Shown here one piece after another: positions 52,190-62,485 of a stretch of 64,000 nucleotides of DNA. The position numbers were made by a program, and so were the translations under genes. Positions within the stretch are counted from its first letter, which is position 1. Each line of letters starts with the position of its first letter. Under the pieces are notes generated by a model. That model ran no database searches. It was not told where the DNA came from and saw only the letters and a program-made list of their open reading frames with translations. Source of the DNA: an uncultured beta proteobacterium. GTDB lineage: Bacteria; Pseudomonadota; Gammaproteobacteria; Burkholderiales; SG8-41. The stretch is taken from positions 16,038 to 80,037 of the forward strand of contig CAWEHH010000009.1 in the NCBI GenBank assembly GCA_963808765.1, read 5' to 3'.

Positions 52190-52422
52190 GGCTCCTCCGA
52201 TTTGTTTGGGTGCGAGAGAGCACACCGGCCGATGTGACCCGCATCGCGGACACCGTAGCGTCCGGTGCGCACAGTGTCAACGACGCTACAATATGCCGCA
52301 CCTGCAATCCGTCTCCATTCGAGTCGAGCGTGGGCGGCCTGCCTTCGCGCATCCGAGGCTACCGTGTGAGCAACGCATGATGCGATTGCCGTCGTCTGTC
52401 GGCTCTTTACGAGGAACTTGCC

Positions 52423-53646
52423 ATGGCCGGACCGCTCGCCCACATCCGCGTGCTCGACCTTTCACGCGTGCTGGCCGCGCCGTGGACAGGCCAGAATCTC
52501 GCGGATCTGGGCGCCGAAGTGATCAAGGTCGAGAGGCCGGTAAAGGGCGACGATTCGCGTGCTTTCGGTCCGCCTTGGCTCAAGGACACAGCCGGCAAGG
52601 ACACCGCCGAATCCGCGTACTACGCTGCTGCGAATCGCGGGAAGAAGTCGATCACGGTCGACATCTCGAAGCCGGAAGGCCAGAGACTCGTGCGCGATCT
52701 GGCGGTGCGCTCCGACGTGCTCCTCGAGAACTACAAGTTCGGGGACCTGGCGCGCTATGGTTTGGGCTTCGAGGAATTGCACGCGATCCATCCGCGGCTC
52801 ATATACTGCTCGGTGACCGGCTTCGGACACACGGGGCCGTATCGCGAGCGGCCGGGATACGACTTCATGATCCAGGGGATGGGCGGGCTCATGAGCGTGA
52901 CGGGCGAACGCGACGAGCTGCCGGGTGGAGGGCCGCAGCGCGTCGGCGTGCCGATCGTGGACCTCATGACCGGGATGTATGCGACGATCGCCGTGTGCGC
53001 TGCCATTGCCCATCGCGCCGAGACAGGCGTCGGACAGCATCTCGATCTCGCGCTCTTCGACACGCAAGTCGCGTTTCTCGCGAACCAGGCGATGAACTAT
53101 CTCGCGACCGGCGAGGTTCCGGGGCGTATCGGGAACGCGCATCCGAACATCGTTCCTTACCAGACCTTCCGAACTGCCGACGGCGACATCATTCTCGCGT
53201 GCGGTAACGACAACCTCTTCGGCAAGTTCTGCGAAGTGGCCGGTTGTCAGGAGCTCGTGCGCGACGAACGCTTCGCGACGAACGCGAGGCGTGTGGAAAA
53301 TCGAGAAGCGATCACGGAGCTCCTCGCCGAAGTCTTCGCGCGCCGCACCACGCGTGAGTGGGTCGAGATGCTGGAGACGGCCGGCGTGCCGAACGGGCCG
53401 ATCAACGACATCCGGCAAGTCTTCGAAGAGCCGCAGGCGATCGCGCGCGGGCTGCGTTTCGAATTGCCGCACCCGACGGCCGGAAGCGTGCCGCTCGTCG
53501 CGAGCCCGATGCGTTTTTCCGCAACGGCTCTCGAGCCAAAGCTGCCGCCGCCGACCCTCGGGCAGCACACGGACGAGATACTGCGTGAGATCCTCGGGCT
53601 GGATGGCGACGCCATCTCGAAGCTGCGGTCCTCGCGTATCGTGTGA
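52423..53646 (+). CDS. CaiB/BaiF family III CoA-transferase
   Basis: Intact 407 aa ORF. LAHIRVLDLSRVLAAPW, IKVERPVKGDDSR, GYDFMIQGMGGLMS. Confidence 0.9.
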   Translation: MAGPLAHIRVLDLSRVLAAPWTGQNLADLGAEVIKVERPVKGDDSRAFGPPWLKDTAGKDTAESAYYAAANRGKKSITVDISKPEGQRLVRDLAVRSDVLLENYKFGDLARYGLGFEELHAIHPRLIYCSVTGFGHTGPYRERPGYDFMIQGMGGLMSVTGERDELPGGGPQRVGVPIVDLMTGMYATIAVCAAIAHRAETGVGQHLDLALFDTQVAFLANQAMNYLATGEVPGRIGNAHPNIVPYQTFRTADGDIILACGNDNLFGKFCEVAGCQELVRDERFATNARRVENREAITELLAEVFARRTTREWVEMLETAGVPNGPINDIRQVFEEPQAIARGLRFELPHPTAGSVPLVASPMRFSATALEPKLPPPTLGQHTDEILREILGLDGDAISKLRSSRIV

Positions 53647-53694
53647 TGTCGGCGCCCCGCATGCGCGCACGTTCGTCGAGACCGGGACGAATCG

Positions 53695-53741
53695 GGGATT
53701 CGCACCGCATCGTCATCCCTGCTTTGCGCAGGGATGACGAA
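53695..53741. repeat. REP-like palindromic unit
   Basis: cgtcatccctgctttgcgcagggatgacgaa (translates as the spurious VIPALRRDDE). Confidence 0.5.
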
Positions 53742-53771
53742 TCTGTGACTCACCACACTCGCGAGAAGAGC

Positions 53772-54752
53772 ATGAAGCTTCGACGAGCCTGCGCTGCCTG
53801 CTTCATGATGGCTGCGATGGCGAACGCAGATGCCGCGCAAACCGAAGCGGCGGCGTATCCGGGCAGACCGATCCGCATGATCGCGCCCTCCTCTGCCGGC
53901 GGGCCGGTAGATGTCATCGCACGCGCCGTTTCGCACGGCATCGCCGAAGTGCTCGGCCAGCAGCTCGTCATCGACAATCGAGCGGGTGCTGCCGGTCTGA
54001 TAGGTACCGAGACCGTTGCGGCGGCAACCCCCGACGGCTACACGATGCTCTTCGGATTCTCCGGGCCCCTCGTCATCGCGCCGCACCTCTCGGAAAAGAA
54101 GCCGTACGACACGCGCAAGGATTTCGCTCCCGTCTCGCTGGCCGCGGAAGGTGCTTACATCCTGCTCGTTCATCCGAGCCTGCCGGCGAGTTCGGTGAAA
54201 GAACTCGTTACGCTGGCGAAAGGGCAACCGGGGAAGCTCAATTACGGATCCGGCGGCAACGGCACGGGCATTCATCTCGCGGCGGAGCTTTTCAAAATGA
54301 CGGCCGCGGTCGATATCGTTCATGTTCCCTACAAGGGTGCGGGACCGGGACAGACGGCATTGCTCGCGAACGAAGTGAATATGATGTTCAACGGACTGCC
54401 GCCCGCGCTGCCTCATGTGAAATCCGGAAAGCTGAAGGGGCTCGCGGTGGCGGGTGCGAAACGCTCGCCGCTGCTGCCCGAGATGCCCACGCTGACCGAG
54501 GCGGGCACCGCCGTGGTGGCGACCGGCTGGTATGGAATCCTCGCGCCGCGCGGCACGTCGCGTGCGATCGTGTCGAAGATGCAGGCCGCGACTGCGAAGG
54601 CGTGTGCGAATCCCACCATCCGCGACCGCCTTGCGAGCCAGGGCGTCGACACGGTGGGCTCGACGCCTGAAGAGTTTGCGCGCTGGCTCGAGCAGGAATG
54701 GACGAAGTGGGAGAAGGTGATCAGGACAGCCGGCATCAAGGCCGTCCAGTAG
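53772..54752 (+). CDS. Bug/TctC-family substrate-binding protein
   Basis: ATG at 53772 after GAGAAGAG. Signal peptide MKLRRACAACFMMAAMANA, YPGRPIRMIAPSSAGGPVD, PYKGAGPGQTA. Confidence 0.9.
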   Translation: MKLRRACAACFMMAAMANADAAQTEAAAYPGRPIRMIAPSSAGGPVDVIARAVSHGIAEVLGQQLVIDNRAGAAGLIGTETVAAATPDGYTMLFGFSGPLVIAPHLSEKKPYDTRKDFAPVSLAAEGAYILLVHPSLPASSVKELVTLAKGQPGKLNYGSGGNGTGIHLAAELFKMTAAVDIVHVPYKGAGPGQTALLANEVNMMFNGLPPALPHVKSGKLKGLAVAGAKRSPLLPEMPTLTEAGTAVVATGWYGILAPRGTSRAIVSKMQAATAKACANPTIRDRLASQGVDTVGSTPEEFARWLEQEWTKWEKVIRTAGIKAVQ

Positions 54753-54815
54753 GACGTCGAGCGCTCGAGCCGCATCTTCCGAAACGAGCTTACCGCGAGA
54801 GAACGCGCGTCGATC

Positions 54816-55514
54816 ATGCGAACGCAAGACATTCAGGTTCCACTGCGCGACGGCGTCATGGGCGCGCATGTCGCCTACCCGGACGGGACACCGGCCGGTG
54901 CGATCATCGCAATCATGGAAATCTGGGGCGTGAACGCGACCATGCGGCGCCACGCGCAGGAGTTCGCCGAGGCGGGCTTCGTGTGCCTGGTTCCGGATCT
55001 GTTCTGGAGGCAGGAGCCGGGCGTGGAACTGTCCGATGGCGATCCCCAGGACGTGAAGAAGGCGTTCGATCTCTACTATGACTTCGACTACGACCTCGGG
55101 GTCGAAGACATGGTCGAGACGTGGAAACACCTTGCGGCGCTGCCGGAGTGCAACGGCAAGGTGGGCGCGGTCGGCTACTGCCTCGGCGGGAAGCTCTGTT
55201 ATCTCATGTGCTGCCGCACGGACATCGACTGCGCCGTCGCGTACTACGGCACGTATATCGAGCACCACATCCGCGAAGCGCCGGGGCTCCACCGGCCTTT
55301 CATGCTGCACATGGCGATGAAGGACCGCTGGGTGCAGGCGGAAGTGAACGAGCTCCTCGAGCGGCGGCTTTCACCCAATCCGCTCGTCGCCATCCACAAG
55401 TATCCCGGCGCCGATCACGCGTTCGCGCGCCACGGCGGCAAGACCTACAGCAAGCCGGAAGCGGACCGCGCGCTCGCGCTCACGGTCGACTTCTTCCACC
55501 AGCATCTCGGCTGA
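54816..55514 (+). CDS. Dienelactone hydrolase (carboxymethylenebutenolidase) family protein
   Basis: Intact 232 aa ORF with a Cys-nucleophile elbow GYCLGG and a C-terminal GADHAF. Confidence 0.85.
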   Translation: MRTQDIQVPLRDGVMGAHVAYPDGTPAGAIIAIMEIWGVNATMRRHAQEFAEAGFVCLVPDLFWRQEPGVELSDGDPQDVKKAFDLYYDFDYDLGVEDMVETWKHLAALPECNGKVGAVGYCLGGKLCYLMCCRTDIDCAVAYYGTYIEHHIREAPGLHRPFMLHMAMKDRWVQAEVNELLERRLSPNPLVAIHKYPGADHAFARHGGKTYSKPEADRALALTVDFFHQHLG

Positions 55515-55530
55515 CGCAAACCCGGAAAGC

Positions 55531-55567
55531 GGGACAGACCCACTTTCGGCTTAAGTGGGTCTGTCCC
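55531..55567. terminator. Bidirectional rho-independent terminator between convergent genes
   Basis: 13-bp perfect stem gggacagacccac / gtgggtctgtccc with an 11-nt loop, followed by atttatttc. Confidence 0.6.
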
Positions 55568-55569
55568 AT

Positions 55570-56025
55570 TTATTTCATGAGGCGTTCGGTGATGTATTTC
55601 CACTCCGCGGGATCGACCGGCGTGACGGAAAGCCGGTTGCCGCGCTGAAGGATCCGCATGTTCGCGAGCTTGTCGTGCTTCTTCAGCTCCGCGAGGCTCA
55701 CCAGTGGCGTTCTCCTGACGAACTTGAACTCGACATTCAGCCAGCGCGGTTCTTCCCGCTTCGACTCCGGGTCGTAGTAGTGGCTCTTCTTGTCGAACTG
55801 CGTCTCGTCCGGGTGCGCGGGCGCGCTCACTTCGACGATGCCGACGATGCCCGGCTCATCGCAGTTCGAGTGATAGAAAAACGCACGGTCCCCGACCTTC
55901 ATCTGGTCGCGCATGAAATTGCGCGCCTGAAAATTGCGCACGCCGGTCCACGGCGTCGTTTTGTCCCGCGCCATGTGGTCGATGCCGTAGGTCGTGGGTT
56001 CGGACTTGATCAGCCAGTAACGCAT
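55570..56025 (-). CDS. EVE (PUA-like) domain protein
   Basis: Intact 151 aa ORF. MRYWLIKSEP, WTGVRNFQARNFMRDQMKVGD, FYHSN. Confidence 0.85.
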   Translation of the reverse strand: MRYWLIKSEPTTYGIDHMARDKTTPWTGVRNFQARNFMRDQMKVGDRAFFYHSNCDEPGIVGIVEVSAPAHPDETQFDKKSHYYDPESKREEPRWLNVEFKFVRRTPLVSLAELKKHDKLANMRILQRGNRLSVTPVDPAEWKYITERLMK

Positions 56026-56026
56026 G

Positions 56027-56063
56027 GCGTGAAGGGAAGGAGTGAAGGAGTGAAGAGGTGACG
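56027..56063. repeat. Short GTGAAGG-type tandem array
   Basis: gcgtgaagggaaggagtgaaggagtgaagaggtgacg, immediately upstream of the EVE gene start. Same style as the array at 41078-41170. Confidence 0.45.
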
Positions 56064-56115
56064 AACACCGTCAGAATACCATCTGCCCTTCATAGTCGAT
56101 GCGAGCGGGAGCGAG

Positions 56116-56190
56116 CCGAAGGAAGGAGGTTACGGAGGGGAACCTGGGTTCCCCTCTTCGTTCGACTCTACGGGGACCTGAGTCCCGACC
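56116..56190 (+). repeat. Hairpin repeat family, copy 4
   Basis: ccgaaggaaggaggttacggaggggaacctgggttcccctcttcgttcgactctacgggg.... Confidence 0.55.
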
Positions 56191-56199
56191 GCGGACAAA

Positions 56200-56223
56200 G
56201 AAAAAGCGGCCAGAGCCGCTTTC
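56200..56223 (-). terminator. Rho-independent terminator downstream of 6S RNA
   Basis: The minus strand reads aagcggctctggccgctt followed by a T-run. Confidence 0.55.
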
Positions 56224-56237
56224 CCTTGTCCCTCAGG

Positions 56238-56416
56238 TCGGGACCCCCGCCTGTGCCGTCAGGTCTGACTCTTGAACCTACGGTTCAAGATGGTCGCCTT
56301 CCGAGCCCTTCAGGCGCTTCCCAGTAGGACGCGCACACCAGGCAACGTAGTCGGCAACGCGAGTTACCCTATTGGTTCAGAGAATTAGACCTATACACGA
56401 ACACCGCAGGGGAAGC
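56238..56416 (-). ncRNA. ssrS: 6S RNA
   Basis: Lies directly downstream of zapA, the canonical position. The minus strand has a 5' CCCCTGCGGTGTTCG pairing with a 3' CACAGGCGGGG closing stem. It also has the conserved CTTGAACC-GTA-GGTTCAAG hairpin seen in E. coli 6S (CUUGAACCAAGGGUUCAAG). Ends are approximate. Confidence 0.75.
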
Positions 56417-56442
56417 TTTGACACGTCTGCGATCAGGCAGGA

Positions 56443-56748
56443 TCAGAACAGCTTTGCTTGCTCGGACATCGCCTGATCGATGACCGTTTCCATGCGAGTC
56501 ATTCTACGCTTGATCTCCCCCATGTCAAAGCCGCCGACCTTGGTGGAAAGCAGTTCGTGGGCGATGTTGAGCGCCGCCATGATCGCGATTCTTTCCAGTC
56601 CGATGACCTTGCCGGTATCGCGTATCTCGACCATTTTCTTGTTCAGATAGTCGACGGCTGCGAGCAGCCCGGATTGCTCTTCTTCGGGGCACGCGACGCG
56701 GAAATCGCGTCCCATGATCGTAATCTGCAAGCTGCGTGCTTCGCTCAT
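56443..56748 (-). CDS. zapA: Cell division protein ZapA
   Basis: MSEARSLQITIMGRDFRVACPEEEQSGLLAAVDYLNKKM...IAIMAALNIAHE. The ATG overlaps the upstream stop (ATGA). Confidence 0.85.
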   Translation of the reverse strand: MSEARSLQITIMGRDFRVACPEEEQSGLLAAVDYLNKKMVEIRDTGKVIGLERIAIMAALNIAHELLSTKVGGFDMGEIKRRMTRMETVIDQAMSEQAKLF

Positions 56749-56948
56749 GCTTCCTCTTCGGACGGGATCTGCGCGAGCAGCGTCTCGAGCCGGTTCGCGG
56801 CATTCGAGATCTTCTCTTCCAGACGCTTGCTCTGATTGACGGCAGACGCAAGTTGCTGGCGCAGTTGCTGGTTGTCGGCGCGCAGGCGCGCGCACATCTC
56901 GACGAACTGACTGATCTTTGCTTCCAGCGCCTTGAGTTCCGTGTCCAT
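56745..56948 (-). CDS. ZapB-like coiled-coil protein (TIGR02449-type, assignment from memory)
   Basis: 67 aa heptad-rich sequence, MDTELKALEAKISQFVEMCARLRADNQQLRQQL.... Position upstream of zapA. Confidence 0.55.
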   Translation of the reverse strand: MDTELKALEAKISQFVEMCARLRADNQQLRQQLASAVNQSKRLEEKISNAANRLETLLAQIPSEEEA

Positions 56949-56954
56949 GCTCGC

Positions 56955-56984
56955 ACTATAGTTGCAAAAATTCTGCACGGTCAA
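56955..56984 (-). promoter_or_regulatory. Putative sigma70 promoter giving a (near-)leaderless zapB-like/zapA transcript
   Basis: Minus strand: TTGACC, 18 nt, TATAGT, then 6 nt to the ATG at 56948. Confidence 0.35.
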
Positions 56985-57124
56985 CTGCTAACAACCGCAT
57001 CTGAATGTGCTTTGACATTTCGGTAGCGGCGCATTGCAAGCCGACTCGCAATGAGGCCTGCCGCATTTCGCGTGATATTATCGCGCCCGCCGAAAGCCGC
57101 CGCTGTCCGTCGAGCGTAGGCCCT

Positions 57125-57325
57125 CGGCATCCGAGCCGGGTGCTTCGACGCGCGTCATGCGAGCGTCGGGTTAAACGGGAAACAGGTGCAAGACCTGTGC
57201 TGCCCCCGCAACGGTAAGCGATAGCGGCGCTCGATCCGTCGAGCGACGCGGCGCGCCCCACATGCCACTGGGTTTCCCGGGAAGGCGGGGCGCGTCCTTC
57301 GTGAGCCCGTATACCGGCCTCGCTC
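57125..57325 (+). promoter_or_regulatory. Cobalamin (B12) riboswitch
   Basis: AAACGGGAAACAGGTGCAAGACCTGTGCTGCCCCCGCAACGGTAAGCG core, GCCACTGGG...CCGGGAAGGC, and the B12-box-like GAGCCCGTATACCGGCC. It lies upstream of a TonB-dependent receptor. Confidence 0.8.
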
Positions 57326-57335
57326 GGAGCACCGG

Positions 57336-59429
57336 TTGGACGAGCCGCGGGGTGTCGTGCTCTCGACGCGTGATGACCTTCACGCTTTGCCGAGCCAGCG
57401 CTCGCTCGCGCCTCGTCCTGTTGCATTGACAGGCGCGCGGCGGGCGCGCCGTGCGAGGTCCCACGTGAACTCCGTCTGGTCAGCCGGAGCGGCCTTCCTG
57501 GCCGCTGCTTCCGTTCCGGCGGCCGAACCACCCATGAGCCGCGGCGATCCCGTGATTGTCACCGCGACGCGCTTCACCGAGCGCCCGCAACAGTTTCCGA
57601 TCGGCGTCGAAGTGATCGGCGAGGAGGACATCCGGCGCAGCTCTGCGACGACCTTGCCGGAGCTCCTGTCGCAACGCGCGGGCATCCGAACGCGCGATCT
57701 CTCGGGCTCGCCCGACGTGCAGGTCGACATGCGCGGCTTCGGCATCTTCGGGGATCAGAACACGCTGGTGCTGCTCGATGGCCGCCGCGTGAGCGAATAC
57801 GAGCAGGCGACCGTCAACTGGTCCGCGATCCCGCTCTCGTCGATCGAGCGCATCGAGGTGGTGCGCGGCAGCGGCGCCGTGCTCTACGGGGCGGGCGCGA
57901 CCGGCGGCACGATCAACATCATCACGAAAGCACCGCGCGAAGGCGAGCGCTCCGCGTACGTTCACGGTCTCGTTGCCTCATATGACACCTATGGCGTGAG
58001 TGCCGGCGGCAATCTCGGCGGCGAGCGCATCGCGCTGAATCTCCATGGGAGCTACCGCTACAGCGACAACTATCGCGATAACAATCGTCTGCGACAGGGC
58101 AACGCGGCGGCCGACGTGAGGCTCCACCGCGAGCGCGGATTCCTCGCGGTGAAGGCGGGCGTGGACGATCAGCGTCTCGAGCTTCCCGGGTCCCTCAGCG
58201 AGGCGCAGATCGCAGCGAACCCGCGGCAGGCCGCCACGCCCGGCGATTTTTCGAACAGGCGCGGCGGCTATGTCGACGTCGGCGGCGAACAAGAGCTCGG
58301 CCAGGTCAAGCTCGCCGCGAATCTCTCGTATCGCGAAAAAGACACCGACGCGTCCTTCTTCGTCGCGACGCCCTTTCGCAACAACGTCGAGAGCCGCGTC
58401 AAGGTCTGGTCGTTCACGCCTCGCATGCGCATCCCGTACGCGATCGGCGGGTCGGACAACACACTCGTTGCCGGCCTCGATTACGACGAGTGGCAGTTCG
58501 ACGCGGTTGCAGGCCCCTCGATCACCGGCCGACCGACCGCCGAGCAGGACGATGCCGCGATCTACGCACAGCACACGACCTCGCTGACCACCGGCACTTC
58601 GCTCGCATTCGGCGGTCGCGTGCAACGCGCGCGCTACGGCGTGAACGATCCCACTTCAGCCACGGCTGACTTCGCGCGCAAGGAGACGCTGCGCGCGTAC
58701 GAGATCGCCCTGCGGCAGCGCATCGGTGGCGGCGTTCACCTCTACGGCAAGATCGGGAGCAGCTTTCGTGTTCCCAACGTCAACGATCTCTACAGCCTCT
58801 TCACGGCCACGGTGACGCCCATCGAGCCACAGACCGCGCGCGACCGCGAAATCGGTGCGGAGGTGCGCGCGGGCGCCGGGCACTATCGGGTCGCGCTGTA
58901 CCGGATCGAGCTGTCGAACGAAATCTTCTTCGATCCGCTGACGTTCACGAACCGCAATCTGCCGCCGACGCGCCGCGCCGGTGTCGAGGCCGATGCGAGA
59001 TGGCAGTTCGGCGACGTGCAGGCGTTCGTGAACTACACCTGGACGAACTCGGAGTTCCGCTCCGGCACCTTCGGCGGGATTTCGATCGCCGGCAACGAGG
59101 TGCCGCTCGTGCCGCGCCATGCGGCCAACGCCGGCCTCACGTGGCGCTTCATGCCACGCACCCAGGCGCACGTCGTCGTCCAGTACGTCGGAGAGAGGCC
59201 GTTCGACGCCGACGAGACGAACACGTTCGGCCGCAGGATGCCGTCGTACAGCGTAGTGGACGTGAAGCTCACGCACGAGGAGCGGGACTGGCGCTTCGAT
59301 GCGGGTGTGCGCAACCTCTTCGACGAGAAGTATTTCAGCTACGGTGTGTTCACCGGATCTCCCACCTTCGCGGCCCTGCCCGCGCCGCAGCGGGCGGTGT
59401 TCGCCTCCGCCCAGTATCGGTTTCGATAG
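57336..59429 (+). CDS. btuB: TonB-dependent receptor, probable cobalamin/corrinoid receptor
   Basis: TonB box/plug (DPVIVTATRF, LLDGRRV), a barrel ending ...FASAQYRF, and a B12 riboswitch upstream. The true start is probably the TTG at 57426 or the GTG at 57465 (after GAGG). Confidence 0.85.
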   Translation: MDEPRGVVLSTRDDLHALPSQRSLAPRPVALTGARRARRARSHVNSVWSAGAAFLAAASVPAAEPPMSRGDPVIVTATRFTERPQQFPIGVEVIGEEDIRRSSATTLPELLSQRAGIRTRDLSGSPDVQVDMRGFGIFGDQNTLVLLDGRRVSEYEQATVNWSAIPLSSIERIEVVRGSGAVLYGAGATGGTINIITKAPREGERSAYVHGLVASYDTYGVSAGGNLGGERIALNLHGSYRYSDNYRDNNRLRQGNAAADVRLHRERGFLAVKAGVDDQRLELPGSLSEAQIAANPRQAATPGDFSNRRGGYVDVGGEQELGQVKLAANLSYREKDTDASFFVATPFRNNVESRVKVWSFTPRMRIPYAIGGSDNTLVAGLDYDEWQFDAVAGPSITGRPTAEQDDAAIYAQHTTSLTTGTSLAFGGRVQRARYGVNDPTSATADFARKETLRAYEIALRQRIGGGVHLYGKIGSSFRVPNVNDLYSLFTATVTPIEPQTARDREIGAEVRAGAGHYRVALYRIELSNEIFFDPLTFTNRNLPPTRRAGVEADARWQFGDVQAFVNYTWTNSEFRSGTFGGISIAGNEVPLVPRHAANAGLTWRFMPRTQAHVVVQYVGERPFDADETNTFGRRMPSYSVVDVKLTHEERDWRFDAGVRNLFDEKYFSYGVFTGSPTFAALPAPQRAVFASAQYRFR

Positions 59430-59440
59430 CGTCGAGTCCG

Positions 59441-59467
59441 CAAAAGCCGCCGCCCGGCGGCTTTTTT
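59441..59467 (+). terminator. Rho-independent terminator
   Basis: aaaagccgccg-cc-cggcggctttttt, directly after the receptor stop. Confidence 0.6.
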
Positions 59468-59482
59468 GCTATTGTTCGCGAC

Positions 59483-61274
59483 GTGCCAGCAATCTCGAGT
59501 CTCCAGCTTTACGTGCGGCTGCTGCGCTTCGTGAAGCCCTATCGCGGCGTGTTCGCGCTTGCGCTCTTCGGCATGCTGATCGTGGCGGCAACCGAGCCCG
59601 CGCTCCCCGCGCTCTTGAAGCCCCTGCTCGACGGCACGTTCGTCGACAAGGACGAGCGCATCATGCGGCTCATGCCGCTCCTCATCGTGGCGGTGTTCGT
59701 CGTCCGCGGCGCCGCCGAGTTCGTTTCCCATTACGCGATCAACTGGGTCGGCAACAAGGTCGTGATGGACCTGCGCAACGCGATGTTCGAGAAAATGCTC
59801 GTGCTGCCGACGGCCTATTACGACAACCGCCCGACGGGCAACCTTATCTCGAAGGTGACGTTCGACGTTTCGCAGGTCACCACGGCCGCGACGAACGTAC
59901 TCACGATCATCTTCAAGGACGGTCTCGCTTCCATCGGACTTCTCGGCTGGATGTTGTGGCTGAACTGGAAGTTGACGCTGCTCTCGCTCGCGATGACGCC
60001 GCTCATCATCTTCATCGTGCGCACGATCAGCGTGAAGTTGCGCAGCTCGAGCCGCAACGTGCAGCGCACGATGGGCGACGTCACGCAGGTCCTCCAGGAG
60101 GCGATCGAGGGTCACAAGGTGGTGAAGCTTTTCGGCGGGCTGCGCTACGAAGCCGGACGTTTCAAGGACGAAGCCGATCGCGTGCGCCGGTTCCTCATGA
60201 AGCAGACGAAGGCGGCGGCTGCGAGCGTACCCGCGGCGCAGCTCGTGGCCGCCATCGCGCTTTCGCTGATCGTGCTGCTCGCGACATCCCAGTCGACCGC
60301 GAACGAGATCACCGTCGGCGGCTTCGTCTCCTTCATCACGGCGATGTTCATGCTCAACTCGCCGCTCAAACGTCTCATGGGCGTGAACGAGCCGCTCCAG
60401 CGCGGGCTGGCGGCGGCGGAGAGCGTGTTCGAGCTGCTCGACGAACCCGGCGAGCGCGATGAAGGCACGCTAGACATCGGTCAAGCGGCGGGTGCGATCC
60501 GGTTCGAGAACGTGCGCTTCTCCTATCCCGGCACGGACCGGCTCGCTCTGGACGACATCGACCTGTCGATCGAAGCCGGAGAAACGGTCGCGCTGGTGGG
60601 GCCGTCGGGCAGCGGCAAGACCACGCTTGCGCATCTCGTGCCCCGCTTCTATCACGCCGATCAGGGCCGCATCCGAGTCGATGGACACGCGCTGGAGGCA
60701 ATCCAGGCTCGAATCGCTGCGCAGGAACATCGCGCTCGTGAGCCAGGACGTCGTGCTTTTCAACGATACCGTCGCTGCCAACATCGGTTATGGCAGCGAC
60801 GGGGCCGCCGAGGCGGACATCGTCGCGGCTGCCCGCGCAGCGCATGCGGTCGAGTTCATCGAACAGATGCCCGAGGGCTTCCAGACGCTCGTCGGCGAGC
60901 ATGGAGTGAAACTCTCGGGCGGCCAGCGCCAGCGCATCGCGATCGCACGCGCGCTGCTCAAGAACGCGCCGATCCTGATTCTCGACGAAGCGACCTCGGC
61001 GCTCGACTCGGAATCCGAGCGCCATATCCAGGCGGCGCTCGAGACGCTGATCCACGGACGCACGACGATCCTGATCGCGCACCGATTGTCCACTGTCGAG
61101 CGCGCCAACCGCATCGTCGTGCTCGATCAGGGCCGCATCGTCGAAACCGGAACGCACGCGGAGCTGATTGCCGCCGGTGGGCTGTATGCGCGGCTTTATC
61201 GCACGCAATTCCAGCTCGCCGGGCCTGCGGATGCCGGCGGCGCGCCCGCGCGCCTGACGGCGATTCTGCCCTAG
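59483..61274 (+). pseudogene. msbA: Lipid A export ABC transporter permease/ATPase, one frame break
   Basis: Six-TM ABC exporter domain, then an NBD: [35 protein letters not shown]. Break at the GG near 60706 (ALEAIQ|[14 protein letters not shown]). Confidence 0.85.
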
Positions 61275-61412
61275 TTAGGGGTGCCGAACTCGCGTTTGTA
61301 GCGCGGCACCTTCGTGAGCTTGCCACCAGGCCCGCGACCCGGACGCTCATCATCAGGCGTTCGCCCACGCGTCGCATCGGCCTCGCGGCTACGCGCCTTC
61401 AGGCTACGCTCT

Positions 61413-62261
61413 TCAGCCAGCAGCACGCCGCTTCAACATGAAGATCGTATCGCCGTATTGAAGGAGCGCGAGGCTTCGGAGCCACGGTTTATAGCGCACG
61501 TGATTGATCAACAACCGGCGCAGCCGGCTGACGCTGGGATCGCCAGGCTCCAACAAATCGAATTTCGTGTAGAAGCGATGAAATCCTGCCTCTCGCCCTC
61601 GCCTGCACAAGTCGGCATAGGTGAACCAATGCACGGCCGGGCGGGTGCTGTAGTTCGACAGTTCGGGCCTGAAGTGAATCTGCTCATGAACGTAGGCTTC
61701 TTTCACCGTATCCGGCAACAGATTGAAAAACGGGACGTGATACTCCCCCGCGTTGCCTGTAAGTGAGAACCGGCGCTTGTTCGTGGTCTGGACGTAAGCA
61801 ATCCCTCCCGGTGCAAGCACGCGATACATCTCCGAGAACGATTTGGTCGGTGAATCGACGTGCTCCATGACGCTCTGGCTGATGACGACCGCCTGTGACT
61901 GATCCGCCAGCGGCAGCTCTTCGGCGCATCCAGTGAGGACCGCTTTATCGTCGCCCATGTAATCGCGGGCTGCGTCGGCAAATCCGGTGAACGGCTCGAC
62001 CCCGATGGCATCGTAGCCAAGCTCGCGAAGTTCCTTGACCGCCTTCGGTTTCGGGCCGCAACCGACTATGACGACCGAGCGGGATGGCAGATCGGCGGCA
62101 CGTTCGACACACCGCATGATCTCCTCGGTGCGAGTGTCTTCGGTCTGGATCTCCCTGAAAACGTCAACGGCCTTGGCTTCTAGATCGGGATAGCCATGGC
62201 CTAGCTTGCGACCTTGATACAGCGCGGCTTTTGCATTCATAGCCAAGGATTCTGGCGTCAA
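61413..62261 (-). CDS. Class I SAM-dependent methyltransferase
   Basis: Intact ORF. Motif I VVIVGCGPKP and a post-I acidic residue (GVEP). Lower GC than the upstream chromosome. Confidence 0.75.
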   Translation of the reverse strand: MTPESLAMNAKAALYQGRKLGHGYPDLEAKAVDVFREIQTEDTRTEEIMRCVERAADLPSRSVVIVGCGPKPKAVKELRELGYDAIGVEPFTGFADAARDYMGDDKAVLTGCAEELPLADQSQAVVISQSVMEHVDSPTKSFSEMYRVLAPGGIAYVQTTNKRRFSLTGNAGEYHVPFFNLLPDTVKEAYVHEQIHFRPELSNYSTRPAVHWFTYADLCRRGREAGFHRFYTKFDLLEPGDPSVSRLRRLLINHVRYKPWLRSLALLQYGDTIFMLKRRAAG

Positions 62262-62485
62262 TTCCCGGCCAGTTCAAGCGACCGCCGCGAGCGAAAAAGT
62301 CGCCCAGCTCACCGCCGGGGCCAACGCGCCAGGATCGAGAGGGAGATCAAGCGCCTTCGGAAAGTTACCGACTTTGACAGAAACGATAGGTCACGAGATG
62401 CCTTCCGGGGCGACGCGCTGATCGAGCTTCCGCGGTTTAGATATGAACTGCCGTCGGATGCGACCCCAGGTCACTACAGGGAAGC

